Shown: positions 1-9,112 of the stretch, one piece after another
How the letters are laid out: every line of letters begins with the position of its first letter
How positions within the stretch are numbered: position 1 is the first letter of the stretch
Assembly (NCBI GenBank): GCA_964367355.1
Contig: CAYIWY010000001.1
Location: 35,307-99,306 of the forward strand
DNA: 64,000 bases
Direction of reading: 5' to 3'
From: an uncultured Gammaproteobacteria bacterium
Lineage (GTDB): Bacteria; Patescibacteriota; Microgenomatia; Woykebacterales; RBG-16-39-9b
Program-made: the position numbers and the translations under genes
Notes under the pieces: model-generated
Seen by the model: the letters and a program-made list of their open reading frames with translations, nothing else
Databases searched by the model: none
What the model was told of the DNA's origin: nothing

Positions 1-432
1 AGGTTCAGTTTAGCTGCAGGCGAGACCAAGGTGTTGATCTCTGGTCGTTACGATCGGGTTGATATCGAAGGCGATCAGGTCAAGATCCTTGATTACAAAT
101 CAACCGAGAACCGGACTACTGACGAACTTGAAAAAGCAGCCAAAGACAGCGTCCAGCTCAAAGTCTACACCCTCGCCTATTATAAAAACTACAAAATTGT
201 TCCCAGTTTTGTCGGGATCTATGATCTTGGGTCTGGTTTGGTTGGAGGCTACGACCCGAAGAAAAAAGACCTTGAAGTGACGGAGGCTAGCGTGGTTGAA
301 GTTGCCAAACAGATACGCGGCAATCTCCAAGCTGACAACTTCCCCGCCAATCCGAAATACTTCGGCCGTAACCCAGCCTGTAATTTCTGTGCATACAGCT
401 CAATTTGTCCATTTTCCCAAATCAAACGGTGA
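1..432 (+). CDS. C-terminal fragment of a PD-(D/E)XK nuclease (RecB/AddB/Cas4-like); the reading frame is open to the window edge
   Basis: Frame 1 is open from nt 1. Motifs GRYDRVD and KILDYKS resemble PD-(D/E)XK motifs II and III. A C-terminal Cys cluster (CNFCAYSSICP) is typical of the Fe-S nuclease C-terminus in AddB/Cas4. Confidence 0.5.
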   Translation, partial: RFSLAAGETKVLISGRYDRVDIEGDQVKILDYKSTENRTTDELEKAAKDSVQLKVYTLAYYKNYKIVPSFVGIYDLGSGLVGGYDPKKKDLEVTEASVVEVAKQIRGNLQADNFPANPKYFGRNPACNFCAYSSICPFSQIKR

Positions 433-456
433 AATAACTAAATACATAGCAAGAAC

Positions 457-487
457 ACTTGTAACTATAGGTTAAATGTGCTATACT
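457..487 (+). promoter_or_regulatory. sigma70-like promoter P1: TTGTAA, 17-bp spacer, extended -10 TGcTATACT
   Basis: Hexamers seen directly at 459-464 and 482-487. The 13-bp core AATGTGCTATACT is shared with P2 at 963-991. Confidence 0.45.
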
Positions 488-520
488 CTGCTTCGGATCC
501 TCGCTAGAAAGAAGGAGAAA

Positions 521-895
521 GTGAAAAGGGCACGGGATTTATTGGTGGGGTGGTTTCAGGAATTTTGGCTTGCTCGAGGGAACTACCTCGTTTCAGCCAC
601 GATTTTTGAGCTTGTTGACGGTGAAGAAAGGTATCTGGTCGACTTCTCAGAAGAACAAGTAAAATTCTTCGGAATCCATTGGATTCGATATTTTCGAATC
701 CCAGCCACAAGTGAGGAAATCAGCCAATACACCAAGAAACTCCAGTTGAAAGGTGTTCCAGTCTGGTTCCGTGAAATAAGCAGTGACGAGCTGGATAATT
801 ACATTAAGGAACTAGATCAAAATTTCTCTTGGCGAAGCACGGACAGTCGGTCATTTCGAACTCGAAAAAGATCGATCGCTCCTAGCTTTACTTAG
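521..895 (+). CDS. hypothetical protein (ORF 476-895, start moved to GTG 521)
   Basis: The ATG at 476 lies inside the -10 region of P1. GAAGGAG at 511-517 precedes the in-frame GTG at 521. No recognisable motifs. Confidence 0.35.
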   Translation: MKRARDLLVGWFQEFWLARGNYLVSATIFELVDGEERYLVDFSEEQVKFFGIHWIRYFRIPATSEEISQYTKKLQLKGVPVWFREISSDELDNYIKELDQNFSWRSTDSRSFRTRKRSIAPSFT

Positions 896-962
896 GGAAA
901 TACTCAGGCGATTATGGAAACATGGTCGCCTCTTCTTTTACTCTCAATACACCCCATAGCAC

Positions 963-991
963 TTGACAAGAGGCCTATAATGTGCTATACT
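963..991 (+). promoter_or_regulatory. sigma70-like promoter P2: TTGACA, 17-bp spacer, TGcTATACT; it faces into GC-rich island A
   Basis: Consensus -35 at 963-968 and extended -10 at 983-991. Homologous to P1, with shared blocks catagca, cacttg, ctata and aatgtgctatact. Confidence 0.5.
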
Positions 992-1132
992 AATTTACGT
1001 AAGGTTAGAAAAGAACAGAAGGAAGCGAGGGATTTTTTGGTACCTAAAACCTCAACACTATAAGACATAGTATTGAGATTCTAGAAACCACCAGAAGTGC
1101 GGTTCTCTAGCGGTTCAAGGAGGTTTGTCCCC

Positions 1133-1321
1133 GTGAAGACAGTCAATGGCGTGCGCTACCCGACCCCGAGCGCTTCGGCCCAAGCAGCATTCAGGGCTCA
1201 GGTTCGGCAATCGTCGGCGTCCACTCGGCTCCCGAATCTCGGTAGGTTCGGTCGGGTCGAGATCGTGCGCAGCGCAGAGGACATCCGGTCCCTTCGCGAC
1301 GACGGTCACCGGCACCAGTAG
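1133..1321 (+). CDS. possible small GC-rich protein (62 aa), uncertain
   Basis: Strong SD AAGGAGG lies 8 nt upstream of GTG 1133. GC3 is much higher than GC1/2, consistent with real coding in GC-rich DNA. However, random ORFs of this length are common in 65% GC sequence. Confidence 0.25.
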   Translation: MKTVNGVRYPTPSASAQAAFRAQVRQSSASTRLPNLGRFGRVEIVRSAEDIRSLRDDGHRHQ

Positions 1322-1780
1322 TTCTCACAGACACGCAGCCATGAGGGGGAGTTTGACTAGGCGAAAGCTGAAAATCAAACTCCCCCACCAGAAATAGTGG
1401 AGGTGACTTGGTACAAATTTAGCCATAACCCGAGATGGCGCAAACATAAGGGACGGCTCGGTATCAGTGCAAAATAAGCACGAAACCGTCCCCTAAATTC
1501 TAATCACTACGAACTTGGCTGGAGAGAGGTTCAAAGGGAGGTGAATATTATTTTACCCTCTTACTTTCAGCCAAATTCGTGAGGATTAGGTTCATTTCAA
1601 GAAAGGATTTCATTTTGGCCTAGTCGGCGCCCTTTGACAATTTAAAGCAATCAGGAAACCGAGCAGTCCAGCTCGTCACCCACTTTAGGTGGTAGTGAAA
1701 CACATTTTTGTGTGTAGCCAGGCAGAGAAGGACACCTTGAACTCTGCTTGAAGACAGTTTAGTAGTACGGAGGAATATCG
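1322..1780 (+). other. GC-rich, highly structured non-coding leader or candidate ncRNA upstream of the zinc-ribbon gene
   Basis: There is a perfect 12-bp inverted repeat GGGGGAGTTTGA..TCAAACTCCCCC at 1343-1384. A 7-bp stem GGGACGG..CCGTCCC sits around 1449-1496 with a nested GTGC..GCAC hairpin. An imperfect long stem GGCTGGAGAGAGG..CCTCTTACTTTCAGCC follows. No credible ORF is present. The stretch ends at the GGAGGA SD for the 1781 gene. Confidence 0.35.
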
Positions 1781-2617
1781 ATGTCACGCAAGCCCAGTAA
1801 GTCCCCGGCAAATGGAACTCCGGAAGCTGCGGATCTGTCCGCCGCCGATCCGAAGGACGGAAATGCTGACACCAGCGTCGCCGTCGCCACCCAGGACCCG
1901 CAGGCTGCGGAGGACGTCAACGCTCGCGAGTGCGAGTTCTGCGCCATGGTCATGCCAGCGGATTCCAAGGACCCGGCCTGCCCAATGTGCTTCCGGGACA
2001 ATCGGTTGTACATCATGCTCCGGTTCCTGGCGGCGAAGGGGCAGACGTACTGCAACGCCGTCCACGATGGCAAGCGCTGCGAATACGTACTGAACATGAG
2101 GTCGGACGGCAAGGACGTCTTCTGCCCCATGGACAAGGCGGATCGGGCGATCTTTGCGGCCGAGCGAAAGCTCCGCGAAGAGGCACCGACAACGGAAGCG
2201 CAGGCCAAGCTCGCTGAGGCGAAGGGCTTCTTCAACGGTGGGGACGACTGGAAAGCGCTCAAGGCGGCCAATCAGGTCTTCGATCTGCAGGCCAAACCCT
2301 TCGTCGAGGAGGGGCTTTCCAACCTGGTCGAGGCCGAACTCGGCCCGCTGGCACGTGCTGCTTACGATGAGGCTGTCAGCTTCGTCGAGCACGGCCAGTA
2401 CGTCCGCGCCAGCGAGTGCGTCGTGAGCATGAAGAACATCATGCCGCGCGAGCGCATGCTCATCGCCCATGGCGAGCGCCTGTCGAAGACCGATCAGCAG
2501 CGGCGGCAGCGGACCCACAGTCCTGACGTCGAGGACAACCTCGGCAGGATCAAGGGTTTCCAGCAGCGAGTCGCTTCTCACGCTCACGCCGGCAACGACG
2601 AGGACGGCGAAAACTAG
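1781..2617 (+). CDS. hypothetical Ala/Glu-rich protein with an N-terminal multi-Cys zinc-ribbon-like motif (CEFC..CPMC..C..C); GC-rich, likely foreign
   Basis: SD GGAGGA lies 7 nt upstream of the ATG. Cys pairs CxxC and CxxC are 12 aa apart, with three further Cys. The long antisense ORF 1784-2587 is a GC-artifact. Confidence 0.6.
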   Translation: MSRKPSKSPANGTPEAADLSAADPKDGNADTSVAVATQDPQAAEDVNARECEFCAMVMPADSKDPACPMCFRDNRLYIMLRFLAAKGQTYCNAVHDGKRCEYVLNMRSDGKDVFCPMDKADRAIFAAERKLREEAPTTEAQAKLAEAKGFFNGGDDWKALKAANQVFDLQAKPFVEEGLSNLVEAELGPLARAAYDEAVSFVEHGQYVRASECVVSMKNIMPRERMLIAHGERLSKTDQQRRQRTHSPDVEDNLGRIKGFQQRVASHAHAGNDEDGEN

Positions 2618-2752
2618 CGCACCGCAATAGCGACGCGCTCAACAACCATCCAGATTCGGATTGAAGCTGGGTGTGAAATGAAAGGTAACCTCACATGAAG
2701 TGACGTTACTTCGAACAATCTCAGCCTCGATTTATCGAGCAAATAGCTGAGA

Positions 2753-2812
2753 GGGGAGGGTTTCGAACTTGTTCATCATGAACAGGCGCGAACCCTCCCT
2801 TTCTCTTTTTTA
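2753..2812 (+). terminator. Rho-independent terminator with a nested hairpin and a T-run
   Basis: GGGGAGGGTTTCG..CGAACCCTCCC is an 11-bp stem with one bulge. It encloses an inner TGTTCATcATGAACA palindrome and is followed by TTTCTCTTTTTT. Confidence 0.7.
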
Positions 2813-2925
2813 ATCACCTTTCTTTCAGACGAAGAAAGGTTTTTTTGTTTCCAATAATAGCAAGAAACTTGACTTCGAGGCCAAATATGATATTATAGGG
2901 CAGTAGTTACCCACAAATTGGAAAA

Positions 2926-3351
2926 ATGGGTAAAGGAGTTGGGATATTGGAAGTACAGTGCGCAGCTGACATTTTGGAAACTAGAGTCAGACTTAATGGC
3001 AGTATAATCTGCGAGGCAAAAAACTCATATCTGGAAACGAAACCATTAAGAACCTGGGCACGGATGGCCTCCGACCAACATTTCCCAGAATTGGGAAATG
3101 CACTATCTGAATACTATGGATCGATATTCAGATATGTGAAAGGCGCACGTAACAAGCTTTTCACTGGGTCGCTAACTCGCAAGGAAGCGCTTTTCGGCGA
3201 GTATGGGCCTTATGGAGAAAATCATGAAGCTTTGGTTACTTTCAACCGAATGATAGATAGTTTGGTGGTGGTAACCTACCAAGATCTCTCTGCGGAAGAT
3301 TTTGACTACGTGAAAAAGATTTTACAACAAATTGGATTGAGAGAAATTTAA
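2926..3351 (+). CDS. hypothetical protein
   Basis: 141-aa ORF with host-like GC. No recognised motifs. Confidence 0.45.
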   Translation: MGKGVGILEVQCAADILETRVRLNGSIICEAKNSYLETKPLRTWARMASDQHFPELGNALSEYYGSIFRYVKGARNKLFTGSLTRKEALFGEYGPYGENHEALVTFNRMIDSLVVVTYQDLSAEDFDYVKKILQQIGLREI

Positions 3352-3400
3352 GCTCGAATTTTAGGCAGACGTTGATCTTTTTGGTCCGTCTGCTTTCTTT

Positions 3401-4291
3401 TTATAAAAATCGAGAGGGCAGCGAAATGGCCTTGGCAACCGAAGAATAATTTTTTACAAACGAGCCAACCAGAATTTTTTCTTCACCCCGAAAGCCGCGT
3501 TTAAAATGACTAAAGCCTTGCCATTTTTTGGTTTCCGGTATTCTTGGGTCAACTATTCCTTCTAGATCAAGTTCTTTTAGGTTCAGTGCTTTTGAATTAA
3601 CGATTGCTTCCCAGACCAATAAGTAAGGCGCAAAAAATTCTCGGTAATTACTTAGAGAGGCAGCGTGATAATAATAAGCAGTTTTATCGTGATGCAAGAT
3701 TAAACAGCCGGCAATATCGGTTTTATTCCACTGGGCGATCAGTATAAAAGCCCGACCTTCATTAGAAAATATTTCCCAAAGCAAACGTAAATCTTTTTCC
3801 GGAAACCAAAACTTTTGGCGTTTTGCAGTTTGCTGATAAAGTTTCACAAACCGGTTTAAGTCGTTGCTGTGGACGACCCGCACGCCGCGGCGTTGTGAAG
3901 CCCGGACACTATAGCGCGTGTCTTTTTCCATATTATTTAAAATTTCATCTTCACTTTGGCGCAAATTAATAACCATAGTTTTGGTTGGGTGAAGTGACCA
4001 GCGTTCAGACTGGAATTTATTTTTTTCCAACTCCGAAAGAATTTCTTTTTCAGACAAAAGATGATCCGGTTCAATCTTGGCGGAAAAAACCTTGCGATCT
4101 TTTGAGAGATCGTTGAGCTTATCAAAGGCAAATGGGAGCCTTATTCGAGGAGCTTTAATCAGCGTGCCAATCAGTGGCAGTTTGTGTAAGTAAATATACT
4201 GGTTTTTTGTGTTTTGGTTTAGTTTGACAATTTCCCAGCCTAACTCTTCCATAAAACTTGCCCAGTAAGGTGATTGGCGCAAATCAGTCAT
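3401..4291 (-). CDS. FemAB-family-like (GNAT-fold) peptidoglycan bridge or aminoacyl transferase, tentative
   Basis: 296 aa. C-terminal FKRGFRG-type motif and overall composition are reminiscent of FemAB/GNAT acyltransferases. Weak. Confidence 0.35.
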   Translation of the reverse strand: MTDLRQSPYWASFMEELGWEIVKLNQNTKNQYIYLHKLPLIGTLIKAPRIRLPFAFDKLNDLSKDRKVFSAKIEPDHLLSEKEILSELEKNKFQSERWSLHPTKTMVINLRQSEDEILNNMEKDTRYSVRASQRRGVRVVHSNDLNRFVKLYQQTAKRQKFWFPEKDLRLLWEIFSNEGRAFILIAQWNKTDIAGCLILHHDKTAYYYHAASLSNYREFFAPYLLVWEAIVNSKALNLKELDLEGIVDPRIPETKKWQGFSHFKRGFRGEEKILVGSFVKNYSSVAKAISLPSRFL

Positions 4292-4342
4292 ATATTTATA
4301 TTAAACTGTTTGAGGGCTATTTGGGTAGAGAAAGATCAAGTT

Positions 4343-5128
4343 TTAATTTGAAAGAAGGAAAGCTTCAGTGAAACGAGAAGTCCACCAACCAGTAGCGATG
4401 TTATCAAAACCAAGATCGATCTTGTTACCCTTAATGCTACCTCCAGTATCGCCGGCAATAGCGATCCCGTAGCCAGGTACATAAACCTTACTGCGAAGTG
4501 GGATTACTTTCGGATCCACGGCAATAACACCATAACCAGCCTTCATACCAATAGAAGTCGTATCGTTGCAACCACGACAGTTGGCATCGTAGGAGGTTGC
4601 CCAAACAGTGAGGGAAGTTTTATATTTAATTATTCCGTAAGGTGTCTCAAGAGTTTTTTCTTCAGGGTCAAGTCCAACTGCAATAATTTCCTCAATCGGT
4701 TTTTTCTCAGCAATTAAAATATTTTCCCTGGAAAACTCCTGATTTTGGTGGAAAACAATTTTTGTTTGAACAGTTTTTTCACCGCTCGTGCCTTGCTGAA
4801 TTATCTTTGTTTCACCAGGCTTCAACAGTGGATCCACGGTCGTCTTTTTTTGGAATTTAAGTTTCTGGGTGTGGGTGGTTATTTTTTCGCTAAAGAGAGA
4901 CTCTGTGTTTGGTTGCTTTGGGGAAGAAAGATTAACAATTTGAGCTCCCGGGATAAAGGCAAAGCTTAATTTTGGGAAAATTGTTTCATAAAACACGAAA
5001 ACCAAAAGCAAAAAAATAATACCTGCGGATTTGTAGGAGAGTCGGGACAGGAAGAGTGAACCAAACCCTCCAACTGTAGAGTCAACATAAGCTAGCCTGC
5101 CTGCCACAAACTGCTTAACAATATTCAT
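4343..5128 (-). CDS. cell-wall associated protein with G5-like and 3D (MltA-like) domains
   Basis: N-terminal TM segment. A middle G5-like segment reads KPGETKIIQQGTSGEKTV. The C-terminal 3D domain reads WATSYDANCRGCNDTTSIGMKAGYGVIAVDPKVIPLRSKVYVPGYGIAIAGDTGGSIKGNKIDL. Confidence 0.55.
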   Translation of the reverse strand: MNIVKQFVAGRLAYVDSTVGGFGSLFLSRLSYKSAGIIFLLLVFVFYETIFPKLSFAFIPGAQIVNLSSPKQPNTESLFSEKITTHTQKLKFQKKTTVDPLLKPGETKIIQQGTSGEKTVQTKIVFHQNQEFSRENILIAEKKPIEEIIAVGLDPEEKTLETPYGIIKYKTSLTVWATSYDANCRGCNDTTSIGMKAGYGVIAVDPKVIPLRSKVYVPGYGIAIAGDTGGSIKGNKIDLGFDNIATGWWTSRFTEAFLLSN

Positions 5129-5181
5129 CTAATAAGAAAGTTTAGTGAAATTTTTAAGAAAAGTCAAAAGATAATCTTGGC

Positions 5182-7026
5182 TTAATAACGAATGGAAATT
5201 AATAATTTTTCCGGGATATCAAGGACAAAACGGGACAGGACTCCTTCGGTACGGGTACCAAAGTAGAGTCGGCTTTGGGTATAAGTCATATAAAGTTGCT
5301 TCTCGGCGCGGGTAATACCGACATAACACAACCTGCGCTCCTCTTCGACACCAGAGGTATCGGTGAGAGATTGGCTATGGGGAAATAGACCCTCTTCCAT
5401 ACCAATCATAAAAACAATTGGAAATTCTAGCCCCTTGGCGGAATGTAAGGTCATCAAGGTAATGGCATCTTTTTTATCCTGATTTTGAACAGCTCTATTT
5501 GGCAGGTATTCTTTTTCGACCAAGGAAACGTTCTCCAAAAAATCAACAATTTCTGGGAATTCACTTGCAACTGAGCGAAGTTCTTTAACATTTTCGATTC
5601 GCCCGAGCGATTCTTCAGAGTTGTCATCAAGATAATTTAAATATTTTGTCTCAGCCAAAATTAAGTCAACAATGTCGATAGTTTTTAAACCTTCTGATTT
5701 TTGCCGAACGATTTCAAAAGAACTTTTGAAATCTAAAACCTTCTGATTGGTTTGGTCAAGTAAAGCCTTGGGACCGATGCCGCGTGGTGGTGTGTTGACG
5801 ACCCGTTTAAAACTTAAGCTATCGCTTGGATTGTTAATAAAGCGAAGATAAGCAACGATATCACGGATTTCCTTACGGTCGTAAAATCTAGTCCCCCCAA
5901 CCAAAACGTACGGCAAACCTTCACGCAACAGCGCCTCTTCCATTACCCGACTTTGGGCATTGGTTCGGTAAAGAACAGCAAAACTAGCCAAGGAAAAACC
6001 TTGGGAAGATGAAAGCAGCTTTTGGATTGTCCGGATGATAAACTCAGCTTCCTCGACTTCGTTTTTGGCCTCGTACAAAATTGTCGGAACTCCTTCATCA
6101 TTTTCCGTCCAAAGTTCAAGTATTGGATGAGAGCGGTTTTGATTGATAACATTTTGAGCCGCACCTAAAATATTTTTGGTTGAGCGGTAATTTTGGGAAA
6201 GGTTGATGGTTTCAACATCGGGAAAATCTTTGGAAAAATTAAGAATATTTTTATAGTCAGCTCCGCGCCAACCATAGATTGCTTGGGATGCATCGCCAAC
6301 CACACAAATGTTTTTGTGTTTAGAAGCGATTATTTTGGTTAATATATATTGGGCTTTGTTGGTATCTTGATATTCGTCAACCAAAACATATTTAAAACGG
6401 TTTTGGTATTTCTTCGCAACTTCTGGAAACTTTTCAAAAAGCACTACGACTTGCATCAAAAGATCGTCGAAATCCAAAGCGTGATTTTCCTTCAGTGATT
6501 CTTGGTAACGAAAATAAACTTTGGCAACAATTTCTTGAAAATAACCGCGGGCAAAGCCTTGATATTCGGTTGGTCCGATAAGTTCGTTTTTTGCCGAAGA
6601 AATCGAGTTTTTTATTGAATAAGGAGAAGTACTTTTCGGATCGAGATCAAGTTCTTTCAAAATTTCTTTGATCAAATCCAAACTGTCAGAGTCATCATAA
6701 ATAACAAACCTTGGACTGATTCCAAGATTTACTCCGTCGCTACGCAGAATACGAGCGCAGATTGAGTGGAAAGTTCCCATCCAAAGTGGCGTAGTTGAAA
6801 CTAACTTCTTTAAGCGCTCTTTCATTTCACCAGCAGCTTTGTTGGTAAATGTTACCGCTAGGATTTCTTCAGGGAGAGCTAATTTTTGTTCCAAAATGTA
6901 CGCAATCCGGTGAGTGATAACCCTGGTTTTTCCACTACCTGGACCAGAAAGAACCAAGAGCGGACCTTTTGTTTTCTTAACTGCTCTTTGTTGATCGACA
7001 TTTAATCCTTCTAAAAGTTTTTCCAT
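5182..7026 (-). CDS. uvrD: UvrD/PcrA-family ATP-dependent DNA helicase
   Basis: Walker A GPGSGKT, VLVDEYQD (motif II), and overall UvrD motifs. The likely start is MEKLLEGLN at 7026; the ORF-track start at 7107 adds 27 non-conserved residues. Confidence 0.85.
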   Translation of the reverse strand: MEKLLEGLNVDQQRAVKKTKGPLLVLSGPGSGKTRVITHRIAYILEQKLALPEEILAVTFTNKAAGEMKERLKKLVSTTPLWMGTFHSICARILRSDGVNLGISPRFVIYDDSDSLDLIKEILKELDLDPKSTSPYSIKNSISSAKNELIGPTEYQGFARGYFQEIVAKVYFRYQESLKENHALDFDDLLMQVVVLFEKFPEVAKKYQNRFKYVLVDEYQDTNKAQYILTKIIASKHKNICVVGDASQAIYGWRGADYKNILNFSKDFPDVETINLSQNYRSTKNILGAAQNVINQNRSHPILELWTENDEGVPTILYEAKNEVEEAEFIIRTIQKLLSSSQGFSLASFAVLYRTNAQSRVMEEALLREGLPYVLVGGTRFYDRKEIRDIVAYLRFINNPSDSLSFKRVVNTPPRGIGPKALLDQTNQKVLDFKSSFEIVRQKSEGLKTIDIVDLILAETKYLNYLDDNSEESLGRIENVKELRSVASEFPEIVDFLENVSLVEKEYLPNRAVQNQDKKDAITLMTLHSAKGLEFPIVFMIGMEEGLFPHSQSLTDTSGVEEERRLCYVGITRAEKQLYMTYTQSRLYFGTRTEGVLSRFVLDIPEKLLISIRY

Positions 7027-7043
7027 TTTGAAGTTATTATATT

Positions 7044-7117
7044 GCTCTTGCGATTCAAGAATCGAGCGGTATGCTCGCGAGATGATTATAGCGCTCTTGC
7101 GATACAAGAATCGAGCG
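7044..7117. promoter_or_regulatory. two 25-bp direct repeats (7044-7068 and 7093-7117), each with a palindromic core CGATTCAAGAATCG, in the divergent uvrD/trxA intergenic region; candidate operator pair
   Basis: GCTCTTGCGATTCAAGAATCGAGCG and GCTCTTGCGATACAAGAATCGAGCG differ at one position and lie 49 bp apart centre-to-centre. The palindrome arms CGATTC/GAATCG are seen directly. Confidence 0.45.
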
Positions 7118-7247
7118 ATGTAATCCTGGAGAATTATACTAGCAAGGAGTGGGTTTTGTTGAAAAGTCTTGTGTTATACTGGTAAAAGAAGTATTAATCT
7201 CTCCCCAAGTTGAGACAGTTTACCAAAAGTTATTTAAGGAGGCAGCT

Positions 7248-7517
7248 GTGGCAATAGAGTTACTAGATTTTTATGCAGATTGGTGTGGGCCCTGTAAAGT
7301 TATGGAACCAGTCATGGAAGAACTTGAAAGAGAACTGTTAGGACAGATTTCCATAAAAAAAATCGATGTTGATGTCGAAAACGAAATTGCTAGCAACTAC
7401 GGCGTGATGAGTATTCCAACCTACTTAGTTTTAAAAGATGGCCACGAAGTCGAGCGTTTTATTGGTGCTCAACCCAAAGACGAGTTGGTTAAAAAAATTC
7501 AGTCTCACCTTTCGTAA
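7248..7517 (+). CDS. trxA: thioredoxin
   Basis: WCGPCK active site. SD AAGGAGG precedes GTG 7248. The upstream part of ORF 7149-7517 lacks an RBS. Confidence 0.8.
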   Translation: MAIELLDFYADWCGPCKVMEPVMEELERELLGQISIKKIDVDVENEIASNYGVMSIPTYLVLKDGHEVERFIGAQPKDELVKKIQSHLS

Positions 7518-7545
7518 CTATCCCAAAAACTGCTAAGATAAATTC

Positions 7546-8547
7546 ATGCTTTCAGTTAAAGATTATCCAGTAGATGGAAAAAGAGTTATTGTTCGCGCTG
7601 ATTTTGACGTTCCCCTGAGGAATGGGAAAATTACTGAAAAATTGCGAATCGAAAAGTCAATTCCAACCCTAAAATATTTGCTTGAAAAAAAGTGCAAATT
7701 ATTTATCATCTCTCATCTTGGCCGACCGGAAAATAAAGATCCAAAATATAGCTTAAAAATTGTTTTACCGATTCTTGAAGAATTGCTTGGGGAAAAAATC
7801 GAATTCCAAGAAAATCTTGAGCGACAAGTTTTTGGGGAAGTTGTTTTGTTGGAAAACCTACGTTATTGGAAGGAGGAAGAAAGTAATGATCCAGCTTTTT
7901 CCAAGAAACTGGCAACTTTTGGTGAAATTTATGTCAATGAGTGTTTCTCAGTGGCCCACAGAAATCACGCGTCGGTTGCCACTTTGCCTACATTATTACC
8001 AGCCGCAGCTGGTATAGAGTTCTTCCAAGAAATAAACGAACTAGAAAAAATTTTTAAAGCAGAAAAGCACCCTTTAGTGGCAATTATTGGTGGAGCAAAA
8101 TTGGAAACAAAACTCCCAGCGATAACCAATATGGCGAAAGTCGCTGATAAAGTTTTAGTGGGTGGTAAGCTGATGTTTGAGATTGACAAAAGCACCTTAC
8201 CAAGTAACGTGGTTATCGCCGTGGATGATGTTGATCAGAAAGATATTGGTCCAGAAACTTTGAAAACTTTTGGTGCTGAAATCGCAAAAGCACAAATGAT
8301 TGTTTGGAATGGACCAATGGGAATGTTTGAAGAGGAAAAATATGAGGTAGGAACAAGAGCTCTAGCTAAATTGGTAGCTGATGCTACGGGTTACAGTATT
8401 GTAGGTGGAGGCGATACTGTTGCGGCACTGGACAAAGAAGGTTTACTTGACAAGATAGACTTTGTTTCAGTTGGTGGGGGAGCGATGTTAGAATTTTTGG
8501 AAGGGAAGAGACTGCCGGCGCTTGTTGCTTTAAATTATTATGGTTGA
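7546..8547 (+). CDS. pgk: phosphoglycerate kinase (short form)
   Basis: N-terminal RADFDVPL, then HLGRPE, GGGD..A.LD and GGGA motifs. 333 aa. Confidence 0.88.
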   Translation: MLSVKDYPVDGKRVIVRADFDVPLRNGKITEKLRIEKSIPTLKYLLEKKCKLFIISHLGRPENKDPKYSLKIVLPILEELLGEKIEFQENLERQVFGEVVLLENLRYWKEEESNDPAFSKKLATFGEIYVNECFSVAHRNHASVATLPTLLPAAAGIEFFQEINELEKIFKAEKHPLVAIIGGAKLETKLPAITNMAKVADKVLVGGKLMFEIDKSTLPSNVVIAVDDVDQKDIGPETLKTFGAEIAKAQMIVWNGPMGMFEEEKYEVGTRALAKLVADATGYSIVGGGDTVAALDKEGLLDKIDFVSVGGGAMLEFLEGKRLPALVALNYYG

Positions 8548-9112
8548 AAAGATAGAGGAATCAAGAATTAAAAAATGGAAACTTCTAAAACAAGAAGTAG
8601 CTTTTTCCAGTGATTTTATTTCAGTTTATAAAGAATCTTTAAAGAGACCGGACAACCATATTGTTGATGACTACTTTTCAGTTAAAAGGAGAGATGCGGT
8701 TTTTATAATCGCTTTAACAAAAGAGAAACAAATCCCTCTAGTTTTTCAATATAAAAATGGAGTTAAGGACCTAATCTGGGAGTTACCAGCTGGTTTTATC
8801 GATGATAATGAAGAACCACTTGTTGCTGCCAAACGCGAACTTTTGGAAGAAACTGGTTTTGAAGCTGAGAACTATCAGTATTTAGCAAGTTTTTCGCCCA
8901 ATCCAAGTCTTTCCAGTAACAAGAACCATGTGTTTTTAGCTTTTAATGCAGAGAAAGTTAGCGAACAAAAGTTAGATGATAACGAGGAGATTGAAACGAA
9001 ACTATTTTTGCTTGAAGATTTAGTTTCAGGGATTAAACAAAGAAAAAGTATTTTTGTTGATAATCAAAGTCCTTTTGGTATACTTTTAGCTGCGGAGGAA
9101 CTTAAAAAATGA
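8540..9112 (+). CDS. NUDIX hydrolase
   Basis: Nudix box GFIDDNEEPLVAAKRELLEETG (Gx5Ex7REUxEExGU). Confidence 0.75.
   Translation: MVEKIEESRIKKWKLLKQEVAFSSDFISVYKESLKRPDNHIVDDYFSVKRRDAVFIIALTKEKQIPLVFQYKNGVKDLIWELPAGFIDDNEEPLVAAKRELLEETGFEAENYQYLASFSPNPSLSSNKNHVFLAFNAEKVSEQKLDDNEEIETKLFLLEDLVSGIKQRKSIFVDNQSPFGILLAAEELKK

Noticed and set aside
476-520. ORF-track start codon ATG 476
   Set aside because: The ATG is part of the extended -10 (aATGtgcTATACT) of promoter P1, so it is not plausibly translated. The start was moved to GTG 521.
1343-1390. tRNA or tmRNA 3' end (..CTCCCCCACCA)
   Set aside because: There is no T-arm (GTTCGA) or cloverleaf. It is only a 12-bp hairpin that happens to end in ACCA.
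1146-1397. 83-aa ORF in the island A leader
   Set aside because: It has an Arg/Ser-rich composition typical of out-of-frame GC-rich sequence, no RBS, and overlaps the predicted hairpins.
1784-2587. 267-aa minus-strand ORF antisense to the zinc-ribbon gene
   Set aside because: It lies entirely within a GC-rich sense gene that has a strong SD. Long antisense ORFs are expected in high-GC DNA, and this one has an Arg/Leu/Gly-rich artifact composition.
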